Source: Lama guanicoe (taxonomy: Eukaryota). Taken from it: a stretch of DNA of 64,000 bases. Where the stretch lies: NCBI GenBank assembly GCA_013239625.1, contig MU054132.1, forward strand, positions 1,118,001-1,182,000, read 5' to 3'. Position numbers and translations under genes: made by a program. How positions within the stretch are numbered: the stretch's first letter is position 1; each line of letters starts with the position of its first letter. Positions 12,683 to 24,376 of the stretch are shown piece by piece. The notes under the pieces are model-generated. The model ran no database searches. It was not told where the DNA came from and was given only the letters and a program-made list of their open reading frames with translations.

Positions 12683-12704
12683 ATAAAGTATAAGAATAAT
12701 GGCA

Positions 12705-12954
12705 TAGCAGCTTAAAGCAGCACATATAATAAAAGTGGAAGGAGGGAGGAGGGTATAGCTCAGTGGTAGAGTACCTGCTTAGCATGCATGAAGCCCTGGG
12801 TTCAACCCCCAGTACTTCCATTAAATAAATAAATGAAAATAAGCCTAATTACCTCCCCTACTTCCACTCCAAAAAAAGTGGAATGATACAGAGAACATTA
12901 GCATGACCCCTGGGCATGGATGACACACAAATTCGTGAAACGTTCCTCATTTTT
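12705..12954 (+). pseudogene. RNU6: U6 snRNA retropseudogene, interrupted by a SINE
   Basis: 5' part GCAGCACATATAATAAAAGTGGAA (to 12740). 3' part TGATACAGAGAACATTAGCATGACCCCTGGGCATGGATGACACACAAATTCGTGAAACGTTCCTCATTTTT (12884-12954). Both align to U6 with multiple substitutions. Confidence 0.92.
12741..12873 (+). mobile_element. Vic-1-like SINE inserted within the U6 copy
   Basis: GAGGGTATAGCTCAGTGGTAGAG...GGGTTCAACCCCCAGTAC. 10-bp TSD AAAAGTGGAA at 12731-12740 and 12874-12883. Confidence 0.95.
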
Positions 12955-13046
12955 CACAACAATGTAGATGTACTTAACATTTTTTAACTATACACCTAAA
13001 AATGGTTAAGGTGGTTAATTTTATGATGTGTATTTTACCACAATTA
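12955..13046 (+). mobile_element. L1 3' terminus fused directly to the U6 3' end
   Basis: cacaacaatgtagatgtacttaac...aaaaatggttaaggtggttaattttatgatgtgtattttaccacaatt is a typical L1MA/MB terminal ~90 nt. Confidence 0.85.
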
Positions 13047-13139
13047 GATTTTTTCCATTATAAATGAGATATACAAAAGAAAAAATAAGCTAATATTAGA
13101 GACAATATACTCAAAAAATATTCAATTAATCCAAAAGCA

Positions 13140-14290
13140 CACAGAAAAAGAACAGATAGAACAGACTAGTAAGATGACAAATTTAAATTCAACCATATCA
13201 GTAATTACCATTAAATATAAATAGCCTAAATACACCCAGTTAAGACAGGGACTTTCAGATTGAACAAGAAAAAGATCCACCTATACATTGTCTACAAGAA
13301 GTCCACTTTTATTAAATACAAAAAAAAAAAAAAGGCAAGGATGTGGAGAGGTTGGAACACTTGTATATTGTCAGTAGGAGAAGAAAATGGTACAGCCACT
13401 ATGGAAAACAGTATAGCAGTCTCTCAAAAAATTAAAACTAGAACAATCATAAAACCAGCAGTTCTATTTCTGGACATATACTTGAAAAAGAATTGAAAGA
13501 AGGGTCTCAAAGAATATTTGTATATCTATCTTCACAGAATCATTATTCACAATAGCTAAAATGTAAAAGCAATCAAAATGTCCATGGATAGATGAACAGA
13601 TAAACAAAATGTGGTATACACACACAATGGAATATTATTCAGCCTTGAAAAGGAAGGAAATCCTGACACATTTTACAACATAAATAAACCTTGAGGACAT
13701 TGTGCTAAATGAAATAAGCCAATCACAAAAAGACAAATGCTATATGATTGCACTTATATGAGGTACTCAGGATAATCAAAATTATAGAGACATAAAATAG
13801 AATGGTAGTTGCTGGAGGCGGGAGGGAAAGGTTATGGGAGGGTTATTGTTTAATGGGTAGTTTCAGTTTTGCAAGATGAAAAGGATGGTGGTGACAGCTG
13901 TACAACAATATGAACATACTTCATGCCACTGAACTATACACTGAAAATTGGTTAAGATAAAAGAAAAAGGGGCTTGAAAGTAAAAGGACAGAGAAAGATA
14001 TATATGCAAACATTATTTAAAAGGAAGCTAGGGTAGCTACATTAATATAAGACCAATTAGACTTCAGAACAAACAATACTACCATCAATAAAGAGATATA
14101 TTACATAATGATAAAGGGGTCAATTCATCAAGATAAAACAATCTAAATGTGTATGCATATGACAACAGAGCTTTAAATTTAAAATACATGCAACAAAACT
14201 GGTAGAACTAAAAGGAGAAAAAAACCAAATACACAAATATACGCAAAGCCTTCTTTCTTCCTTCTGTCTCAGTAATCATTACAACAAAAT
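13140..14290 (+). mobile_element. Old L1 ORF2 (endonuclease-region) fragment with a nested L1MB/MA-type 3' end (~13330-13960)
   Basis: Endonuclease-region motifs (ttaaatataaatagcctaaatacaccc, cataatgataaaggggtcaattcatcaag) flank a 3' UTR block (aaaatgtggtatacacacacaatggaatattattcagcc). Confidence 0.8.
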
Positions 14291-16468
14291 TTTTTCCTTA
14301 GTATTACTATTTTTCTTGTGCAAGTAGCCCATCATGGTGCGAAAATGCATAATTAAAAATTAAATGCACTGTAGGTTTGTACAGCTTACTAAAATCATTC
14401 TTTCAAGAGCAAACAAGATCTGGTACAGTCTTAGGAATTTACTACAAATTATATGGATTTCAGTAACCATGCAGTAAGAAAAACAGAAACCCATAAAATA
14501 TTGACTCATTGAATTCAACTAAATTTTATTAAAAACTCAACATAAATATTATTTATATACTCATGTACAAACAAAATTCTGAAAGGTCAAGTTTCTGAAA
14601 CTGTAAAGCTTACAATACTCTTTAATAAATAGATTAAATTACAGGTGGGTTGTTTTTTTTTTGCAGGGGGATAAACTTCAATTTCCAAAAACAAGTAAGT
14701 CATAAGATTCTACCAAAAATCACACTTTAGTTAATTGTTAACACTAAAGCCAAAAATAAATATAAAAATAATAATGGAAAAATTAACAAAATTAATTCTA
14801 TTTAGCAATATCTACTAACTACAACAGTGACGTTAGATCTAATTTAGCCAGTCTGTTAGTAAAAAACTAGTGCCGAGAACAAATTAAGTTTATAAAAAGA
14901 AATGCACAGAGGGATTTCAGTTATAACATCATGCAAGTTGGTGACTTCTCTCCATAAATATATATGTGTGTAAAGTTGGACAAAATTGCTTTTCTTAAAA
15001 TCTGCTTTGGGTAAGATCAGTGAGAGTCTATGGCCCTCCTGTCTGGAGTTGCTTCCATCTCCATCCTACCCTACGCCAGCTGGGAGAATTACAGTCTTAC
15101 CACTGTGGGGCTGGTGACAAAAACCGACAACTCTGCTGTCAAAGGGGGTGACTTGATTCGGGGTGGGAGGCAGAACTCCCATAAGCATGACAGAGCCAAA
15201 ATAACCACTACTGAATTCAGAATGCAGGGGCTTCCTGGGGGAACCATGCAAAGAGGAGTTCGAATATAATTTCAACTGTTACAAACATCTGAATGGGCAT
15301 TTTAATGTTCCTATCATAGTCATCGATCGGTATGAGGGGCACACCTATAACTCATTTACAGCACATGAATATGGGTGGGAAGTCCTATTCTAGGCACCAC
15401 CCAAACTACTTTACATATTAAGTATTACAGTCCCTCCAGATCCTGTCAGGAAAAAATGCTGAAAAATGACTCATTAAAGAACTTTGTAAAAGTCCGACAA
15501 ATGTCAAAGGGTTCCATAAAAAGGAACTGCTTTTCCTTTTTCTAGCTATGATTATTATTACCAGTTAGCCTTTGAAAGCTGTTATGAACCAAAACCAATA
15601 AGGGATGTCTATAATTAAACAGTTTCATACTCAAAGAGAACTTGAAAGGATATCCGTACCATCTTCAACAACATAGAATAAGAGCCCAGTAATTTATTTT
15701 TCCTGAAAATATATAATTATAATACTTATTTCATGCAATCTACTCAAAATTTTCCTAATATAGGACATGGGTGAAAACAGAGACAAAAGTGGCAATACTT
15801 TTTAAACCTCATTTATCTGAGTACAGATTCTCAAAGGGCAGCTTTTATCCATGGTAATCTTTCCCCTCCCTCCCCAAACCCTAACCTCCCAAACCACTTT
15901 CTGAGCTGACATGTGGTTCATGGAATATGAACAGCAGCTTAAATTCAGCCTAAGAAGGTAAAATTGATGGAAAATTAGCTAAAAAGTGGGAGGGTCACTT
16001 GGCTCTGAGTGCATGTAGCCAACCACCCAGCATCTACATCTCAACAATTTCTTGTCATCACTTATAAATAGAAGTATGATTTAAGCACACATACGCGCGC
16101 ACACTCACAATCTACTTATGGAAAACGACCCTGTAAAGGCAATGCCAGTGTGAAGGAAGTGAAAATACTAGCTTTTAAGCAGAAAGCCCCAGTCTTCAAT
16201 AAACTAAAGAGAAGATTATTCAAATTCATAGCTACTCTATTCTAAAACATGTACAAGCATAATAAATTCTTTAAGTGCTCTACAGATGTGTTAAGCTGAT
16301 TCTGCAAGTGTTCCAGAACCGATTTTAATAAATTCATGAATGAATGTCATCCCACACTTACAGACTCACTTAAGGTCACTTAGTATTTATGTTTTAACAT
16401 GTCTAGTTATGTATTTTATGGACAAAAGGATACAACAGTGTTCTTCTCAAATCTGGATATTCAGGAAG

Positions 16469-16508
16469 ATCCAAATTTTCCCTTGTGAATCCAAATTTTC
16501 CCTTGTAA
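16469..16508. repeat. 20-bp tandem duplication
   Basis: ATCCAAATTTTCCCTTGTGA followed by ATCCAAATTTTCCCTTGTAA. Confidence 0.9.
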
Positions 16509-17387
16509 ATGAGAAGTATCTACTTTTTAAAAAATTCTCATTGACTATACTATTTCTTTTCCATTTGTATAGATAAAGTTAACTTTAGATGGATTTTTTA
16601 ATAGGAGGCAAGAAAAGAAAGCTAGTTATAGAAGTTTCTATGCTTCACTGAGGCATTAGTTTAACCTGACTACCACTATAGCTTTGAGTGAGTCACCCTC
16701 AGGGGCTGAATTCCCTAATCTGTAAAACGAGAGTAGTTGTTAAATGATTCTTGGGGTTGACTAGTCTATAAGCTACTTATAACTCAGTTTCATCACTTGA
16801 ATTAGAAATAAATAAATTTCATTTAGGCACTCATTGTGACTGTGTGACAATTATTTTATACATTAAGTACTCTCAATTATAACTGGGTTCAGATTTATTA
16901 AAAGGCAAAATCTTTTTTGCAAAGGGAGAGACTAAAAACAAACTCCCCAGTGCACAGAGCCTGCTTGAGCAAATGTGACTAGAGCTTAAGAGACTCCACC
17001 CAGTTCTGGCTAACATCAAAGGAGACTCGACACCTCTCTGCCAGAAAATAAGCCCCATATTATTTAACCAGGCACCAGGAGAACACATTTTTCAAGCATA
17101 GCACTTTGGACATCTGATCTTTCACTCTGACTACATGTCTGAAGTGAAACTATCCAGCGAGAGGGTTTTGAAAATAGGTAAACCAAGGCAAGAGGAAATG
17201 ACAGGACATGATGATAAAGCATAAAAGAGAATTTTGGTCTCTTGACTGTGCTCTAACTATTAATAGCTATGTGCTCATAAAGAGCAAATAGGAATATACA
17301 ATGAGATCACAAGCATCTTCTCTGTTGTATGGTTTACTTTAGATCACACTCTGGAATTAATTATTAATAAATAAAATATTTTCTAAA

Positions 17388-17588
17388 TAAGGAATTTGGG
17401 ATTGACATACACATACTACTATACATAAAACAGATGAACAATAAGGTCCTACTATATAGCACAGGGAACTATATTCAGTGTCTTGTAATAACCTATAATA
17501 GAAAATATGAAAACATATATATAGATATATATATGTAACTGAATCACTTTGCTGTACATCTGAAACTAACACAACACTGTAAATCAAC
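17388..17588 (+). mobile_element. L1 3' end
   Basis: aggtcctactatatagcacagggaactatattcagtgtcttgtaataacctataat...gtaactgaatcactttgctgtacatctgaaactaacacaacactgtaaatcaac. Confidence 0.88.
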
Positions 17589-20500
17589 CCAGACAGTATG
17601 GGCAACTTTTCAAGTTTCCAGAAGCTCTCTTAAAAATTTTAGGTCAGCCTTATCTACAGTCACTAGATGGGATCTGTGCTGATTCTGTCTGATGAGAAAT
17701 TAGCAATCTAGGCCTGTTCTTGCCTCTGTCCTCCCCTACTTAACTCCCCTCACCCCAACCCCTGACCAAAGGTGCTGCTTTGAAACTAACCTGGAGGAAG
17801 AAAACTTATGAAAACGAAAAACAGATGCCTAATTCCCAACAACATACTCAAGACACTTTTCATAACAACTGTAATATTTTCACTTCACTATCACATTAGC
17901 CAAACTTCTACCAAGATTCCTTTGCGGCAGCCAGCATTCTCTTTTTAGAAGCATAAAATCCTATTTCACAATTTAAAGGGGATATACACCCCTTGAAGGA
18001 CTATCATTCCACCTTGTGTGAATTTAATTATCAAGCAGCTTTCCTCCTAACCCCAGAGATAAATTCCATTGAAAGTGTCTGGGTTTCTGGTTTTAGAGTA
18101 AAAGGGGATAAACATAACTGAGAAACATGGAACATTTCAGGGAACAAAGCAGACCTGGATAAAGTATCAAAGAAGGGAGAGGGTATGTGGGCCTAGAGGC
18201 CCTAGGAGGTTGAAAAAAGGAGTAGGGGGAGGTTGGAATGGGTAAGTGATATAATGCCAAAGGCAAGCTCAACACCTTTCAAAACAATGCTTCTTGTCGG
18301 TTTTAGAAAAAGGAAGAAACTTTCTTCTCAGTAACCTGGACTAGTTTGGAAACAAAATTATCATTCATAACACTGTTTATCTAAGGGAAATATATTCTGA
18401 GTTCCAAATAACCAATTAAATAAATAAATGTTTAATAATTTCTAAAAGTAGGAGACTGTTCATAATACTCAAAATTTTCTCCACGATTGATATTCTTTCC
18501 TGTTTCTCGGGGGTGGGATGGAGGAGTGAGTTATGGACAAGACACAGAACTGTACAGATAAGTGGGCTAACATTTTCTTCTACATTTTTTTTTTGCATGA
18601 CAGAGAATTCTGAGCCAGCACTAAGCACATATCCCAGGAGAGTGCTGTGACCAAAATGCAGTATTTGTTCCTCAGGCTTGGAAGAAACCCAGCATCCCAG
18701 ATAGTCCCAGAAACCATTTATAATCTAACACGGTTAGGGATATAGCCTGCATTGTAAAGATTTCATATTCAACATGAGACTTGTTGAGTTTGCCTAGCAA
18801 GCTTTCAGTTACTAAATGGGGACTTTATTCCTCAGATTTCTTTTAATGAATTTCTTTCAGAGGCCTATTACATATCAAGCTGAACCTTATTTGTCTGGGG
18901 GCAGTGTTCTGTTTGTAATTTATTTAACTTGAAAACATTGATTTCTACTTTCAATCAAAACAGTGTTTCACTCAAGTAAAACAAAATCTTTCTTAAGGAC
19001 CCCTAGGGAAATCAGCTACCATCTTATACAGCTCGCAGGCTCATGTGATCCCTGAGGCTACTCTGCATTTCTCCTGCTCCTCCCCAGAACCAGACCAGCA
19101 AACGGCAACAGATAGCTCGGCAAATCCTGACTATCCTCTAGCGGTAAACTCCGAACCCCCTGTAGACTATATTAACTTTCCACCCCCAGGTGCCTCCCTA
19201 CGCACGACAAGGACAACAGCTGTACTATTATGAACTGATGGAATTTTCAGGCTCGGCAGGGCTCTGTGCATCACCACCATTTGTCCTGTTCATCATAAGA
19301 TGGGCAACAGGAGAGAGCCCTTGATTACTAGAATAGCTGAGACCATGGCCCAGTGACATTCCTATATGAAAGAACCCACTGATACATATTACTTCCATGT
19401 TGTCCCCAAAACAAAGAGTTCCTTTTCCTACTGCCACTTAGAGAGCATTGTCCTGTAAATATAAAAACACGTATACACATGCACACATAATTCACATACA
19501 TAAAACCTTGTAGCCCAAGGCTGAAAGCGCAGTTTGCTTACTTACGGGAACTATCCAGGCAGTTTATATTCGGTCCTGACTGAATGCATTTTGGATCTCT
19601 AAACAAGCACCTGCCACATTTCTGTCCAAGTGAATTCAAATCTATTTCTCCAAGAAGAATAATCTACACTAGATACCTCCCACTGTCAGCCATGTGATAC
19701 AGCCAGCATGCTGTCTGCTGCAGTCTGGTTATGTTCGCCAAAACAAGAGACGACAATGACACAGCACTTACATTTCTGTTACAACCATCCTTAAGAACAA
19801 ATCTTCAACTTTATCTCAATTTTTTAATAGAAGAGCAAACCTTAAAATGATTCTCAGTAACACCTAATGCCCCCAAATTTTGAAAAAAAGAAACTTATTA
19901 AAAAAACTTTACTATTCATTACAGTTAAGTCTACCTCAGTCTAACAGGCCAAACCACCTCCCCCCAAAAAACCCACTCAGAGTTTAAACAAAACTCTGAA
20001 ACTCATCCCAAAATTATTTCTAACCACTTAAGATCTCTAAAGGCTTTAAAAAACAAACAAACAGCAATTCTGATAATCTAGAATCCAATTCCCTCACTTT
20101 AACAGATGATAAAAAGAGCATCAGAGAAAACAAATCACTTGTAAATGATACCAGGACTGAGGGTCAGGCTAAGAGGAGACCCAAAGAACACCAGATACTG
20201 GATGTGACAGAACTGACCAAATCTTGGAATTTTATAGTCTCTGCTCTTATCTGACACAATATCACTATACTTCAAAATCAGTTTTTTTGTTCTACCTTTT
20301 TCTTAAAAGGATGAAGGCAGTTGGGAAGAGTTCTGAATATCAGGAAAACATATCAGTTGATTTAAAAAAAAACCCAATAACTGATTTGTTTTGTTTTAAA
20401 TCTAAACTCCTCAGTGTGATATAAAGGCCACACAACCCTAAGACAATCTAGTCTGACCCCCAACAACAATCATCAGCAGTTTTCCACATGGGGAAGACCC

Positions 20501-21880
20501 ACAGTTTAGTCACATGGGACCAGCTGCCATTTCACAGACACACCACTGATACTATCACTGCACACCTTGCTCCTACTATTCTCCACACTTCAAATTCTCT
20601 TCACTTTCTCATTTGTCAAAGCCTTCAAATCAGGTCCGCATTCCATCACCTTTCTGAGATTCTGTTTTAGAATCTGTTCTCCCAGTGCCATTCAGAACTA
20701 ACACATCATCTATACTTGAAACAAACTCTACAGTCTGATCTGTACTGTAGCTTTATATACCACCAGCTCCTGGAACCTACTCAGTCCCAAAGGGGAAAGA
20801 CCATGTCTAAGTGATGTGTATATCTTCTCTAGGTGGATTACTTTATACAGAAGATGAGCCAAAATAACAAAAACCAACAAAACAAAGGGGCTACCTAAAC
20901 AGCCAGTTCTAAAATGGTATAACAGAAGTGAATAAAAACTAAGTCTAATCTGAAATTAATCCATGATGCCAAAGCTACAAAAACTCTTCAGAACTGGAAA
21001 AAGAATAAACAGATTCAAGATTAAAAGGTCATCACTAATCAAGACTATCTACCTCATTTCTTCTACTTTCTAAACATAGCTAGTGCCAGAGCGATCACGG
21101 AAAGAAAGCCAACAGAGAGTAACCATACAAGCCAGTTCTCCATGCTGGGCATCTTATCATTATTAGGCAGGGCAGTAAAAATAGCTCTCTGCTTTTAGAA
21201 AAGCACAACATGATGCAGTGTGGCAAAAACAAATCATTTTTTGTTCAACAGATCAGCCACCACCATCATGTTAACATCACTGAACAAATATTACAACTTT
21301 TCTAATTACTAAAATGTTAAATCTCTATCATCTCACTTGCCTCTGCCAAGGAGTAATAAACGTATTGCACAATCTTAAGCTACTCAATTCTGGGGAAACT
21401 GGATAAAGAAAAGACAGTCACAACACCTGACCAGCTCTTAGCTTTTGAGAATTATTTCATTTACGAAAAACTTCTCCATGAAGTAGTTTCTCTCTGAAGT
21501 TCAGAGCCACAGTATGCCATATTTTATTGTATAAAATGTCAGCGAAAGTGAAGGAGAACGAAAGATAGAACTAAGAAGAGATAGGGATTTGTGCTAATAA
21601 TTCTGTAATTACTTACTTACTATGTGTCTCTCCTCCAGAGCCAGCCTTGGACTCTGACTTCCCGAATGGGAAGGACAGCATCTTTTTTACCTTTCATAGT
21701 GAGCATATAGGATAATAAAGTGACACTCTGTAGGCTCTCACTAAACAGACATGCATCCTATTGGTTGTGCTCTGTTCTGTATCATGACACCAGCCGTCTC
21801 TTGCTGGGGTTGACATTTGCCCAGCTGAAGGACCCTTCTGGCTCTTGGTCCTAGGCACAGAATCAGCACTGGGGCACAGC

Positions 21881-21900
21881 AGCTCAGCTCAGCTCAGCTC
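21881..21900. repeat. (AGCTC)4 pentanucleotide repeat
   Basis: agctcagctcagctcagctc read directly. Confidence 0.9.
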
Positions 21901-22374
21901 CTCTGAGCAGGAAAAGAGGACAGCATCAACGCTGCAGGAGCATTTATCAGGCATTTTGTTGAACAACCTTAGTGGTGGTGAAGTCTTACCTTTAACATAA
22001 AAGTACCTTACAGATGCTTTCAAAAAGGGGAGTGGGGGAGCCTAGAAGTACAAATAACACTATTAAGTGAAAACTGAACAAGCAAAGTGAAAAGTCAAAG
22101 GAATATTTCAAGTTATTATTTAACATAATTTTTAACATTTTATCCAAAATAGAGGAAAAGATCTGAGTAAAAAGCAAAAGGCCAGTGGAACAGAATCAAC
22201 CAGGGAAAGAGCTGAGCAATTTCGGTTTTTAAGAGTTGATTCTGAAGAGCAGCCACAATGGAGGGCTACTGAATTAATCAACCATCTACCTAACACAGTA
22301 CAGGTAAAGTTCACTGCAATGAAACATAGCAAGATTTATAAAACTAAACACTAGAGAGAGATCAAGTTCTCCCA

Positions 22375-22670
22375 TTGTCAGGAGTGTGGTTTACCAGAAG
22401 CAGAGCCTTAGATTTTTGTAAATGTGATTTACTGAGGGACTGCCCTCAGGAGAAACCCGTAGGAGAGGGAAGAGAAGTAAACTTGGTTTCAGCTGAAGTT
22501 TAGCTGCTCTATCTCCTCTCTGGGAAGCTATGAGGTACAGCTGCACCACAGAGTCAGTGCCACCATGAGGAGGGGCCAGGTTTCTGTAACCCTCACCAGG
22601 CAGTCACTGGCTGAGGGATGCACTGGCTGGTTTAGGGGACCTACACAGGGCACCAGCATCATATACTACA
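22375..22670. mobile_element. ERVL-type solo LTR remnant (LTR16/LTR33-like)
   Basis: TGT...ACA ends. ccagaagcagagccttaga...tttactgagggactgccctcagga resembles these LTRs. Confidence 0.5.
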
Positions 22671-23756
22671 GAAGCTTCAACTGTGTAACAAAAAGGAATA
22701 TCAGACTGGTGTAGGTATATAAATAGCAAGGAAAGTTGACTCTAATCAAAAACCCACTTGTAGAAAATGACAAAAATGTTAATTCACTAAGATTTACTAA
22801 TATTAAATATTAAGCTTATATATACCTAACACAGCTAACCAAAAATACGTTAAGACTGACAGTAATGAGGAAAAATAGGTGAGCCCTCTCCTTCAAAGGG
22901 GGATACTGTAATATACCTCTCCCGGCAACTGACACATCAAGCAAACAAAAATCAGCAAGTATATACAAGATTTGAACAACTCAATATACAAGTTTCAGCT
23001 ACTGGACTACAGAGTACACCAGAGAAGACACTTTCTCTCCCAGCACACATGAAACTTTCTTTTTAAAATAACTGTATACTAGGAAATAAAGCAAGTCTCA
23101 TATTTTAAAAATAATTATATAATCTACTACTTTTGAAATATAAATAAGTTAGAAATAAAAGCCTAGAAGATTCTTTAATATATTAGGACATTTTAAAACA
23201 CACTACAAAAAAATAAATAAAAATAAAAATAAATAAAAATAAAAATAAAAAATACAACACACTACAAATAACTCATGAATTAAACCATAACAAAAATGAA
23301 AAAATACATAGAACTGAATAATAATAAAAATATTATATAAGAAAGCTTGAGGAATATACCTAAAACGTGAATTTAAGGAACATTTCCAGCCTTGAGTGCT
23401 TATATTAGAAAAGGAAGGATAAAATTAATTAGTTAAGCATATACTTTTAAGAGTTAGATAAAAATAAATCTGAATAATCAAAGGAAGGAAATAAAATCAT
23501 AAACAAAAAAAAGGCACAAAGAAACAGGATTGGAAATCAACAAAGCAAAAGCCCTCTTTGAGGACTAATGAAGTTAACTCTGGGAAGATGGACCAAAAAA
23601 GAAGAGAAGGTACAAATGAACAATTTTAAGGACAGAAAAAGATTAATCCCACAAATAAAGCAGTGGAAAAAAAATATAAAACTATGCCAACAAATTTGAA
23701 GATCAGATGAAAAAGAGTATGTAGTACAAAAACTCATCCAAAACACAATAAATAGA

Positions 23757-23844
23757 GGAAGGTATAGCTTAGCAGTAGAGCATGTGCTTAGCATGCACAA
23801 GGTCCTGGGTTCAATCCCCAGTACCTCCATTAAAAAATAAATAA
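23757..23844 (+). mobile_element. Vic-1-like SINE
   Basis: A and B boxes present. Perfect 21-bp TSD ATCCAAAACACAATAAATAGA at 23736-23756 and 23845-23865. Confidence 0.95.
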
Positions 23845-24049
23845 ATCCAAAACACAATAAATAGAAAACCTAAACAGTACTAAACCAGTTAAAGAAATTG
23901 AACTAAATCTTCCAAATATACACACATATACCCCACTAAGGGCTTTACAAGAGTCGTGCCAAATATTCAAGGGGCAGATAACGCTGATCTAACACAAACT
24001 CTAGAAAACAGAAATTCTCCCCAACTCATTTTATAAGACTAATATAAGT

Positions 24050-24285
24050 AGAATGTAGTAGTTAGAGGCCCAGATTCACACTGGACCACAAGAAGTTCAA
24101 ATCTGGGTTCTACCAGTTAGTATCTATGTGAACTTGGGCAAGTTTCTTAACTGCTTTGTTTCAGTTTCCTTGTATGTAAGCTGGGAATAACAGTATTAAC
24201 TACTTATGGATCTGTTAATACATAAAATATTTAAAACAGTGACTGGAACACTGTATGTGCTTTAGATAATTTGCTATTGATTAAT
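24050..24285 (+). mobile_element. MIR SINE
   Basis: Core sequence gtgaacttgggcaagtttcttaactgctttgtttcagtttccttgtatgtaagctgggaataa. Confidence 0.8.
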
Positions 24286-24376
24286 ATGATTGTTGGTAGT
24301 ATGCCCATGAAACTAAAAGCAGACAAAAATACAACATGGGAAAATTCTAAGCAAAAGTAAACTCATGAACTTAGAT

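Noticed and set aside
12745..12820. tRNA-like sequences with A and B boxes (this and other copies)
   Set aside because: They have A-rich tails, TSDs and divergent stems, so they are SINE heads rather than tRNA genes.
12705..12954. Functional U6 gene
   Set aside because: It is interrupted and carries many substitutions. It is fused to an L1 tail and preceded by another L1 rather than a recognisable U6 promoter.
21881..21900. (AGCTC)4 resembling immunoglobulin switch pentamers
   Set aside because: It has only four units and is a simple microsatellite.
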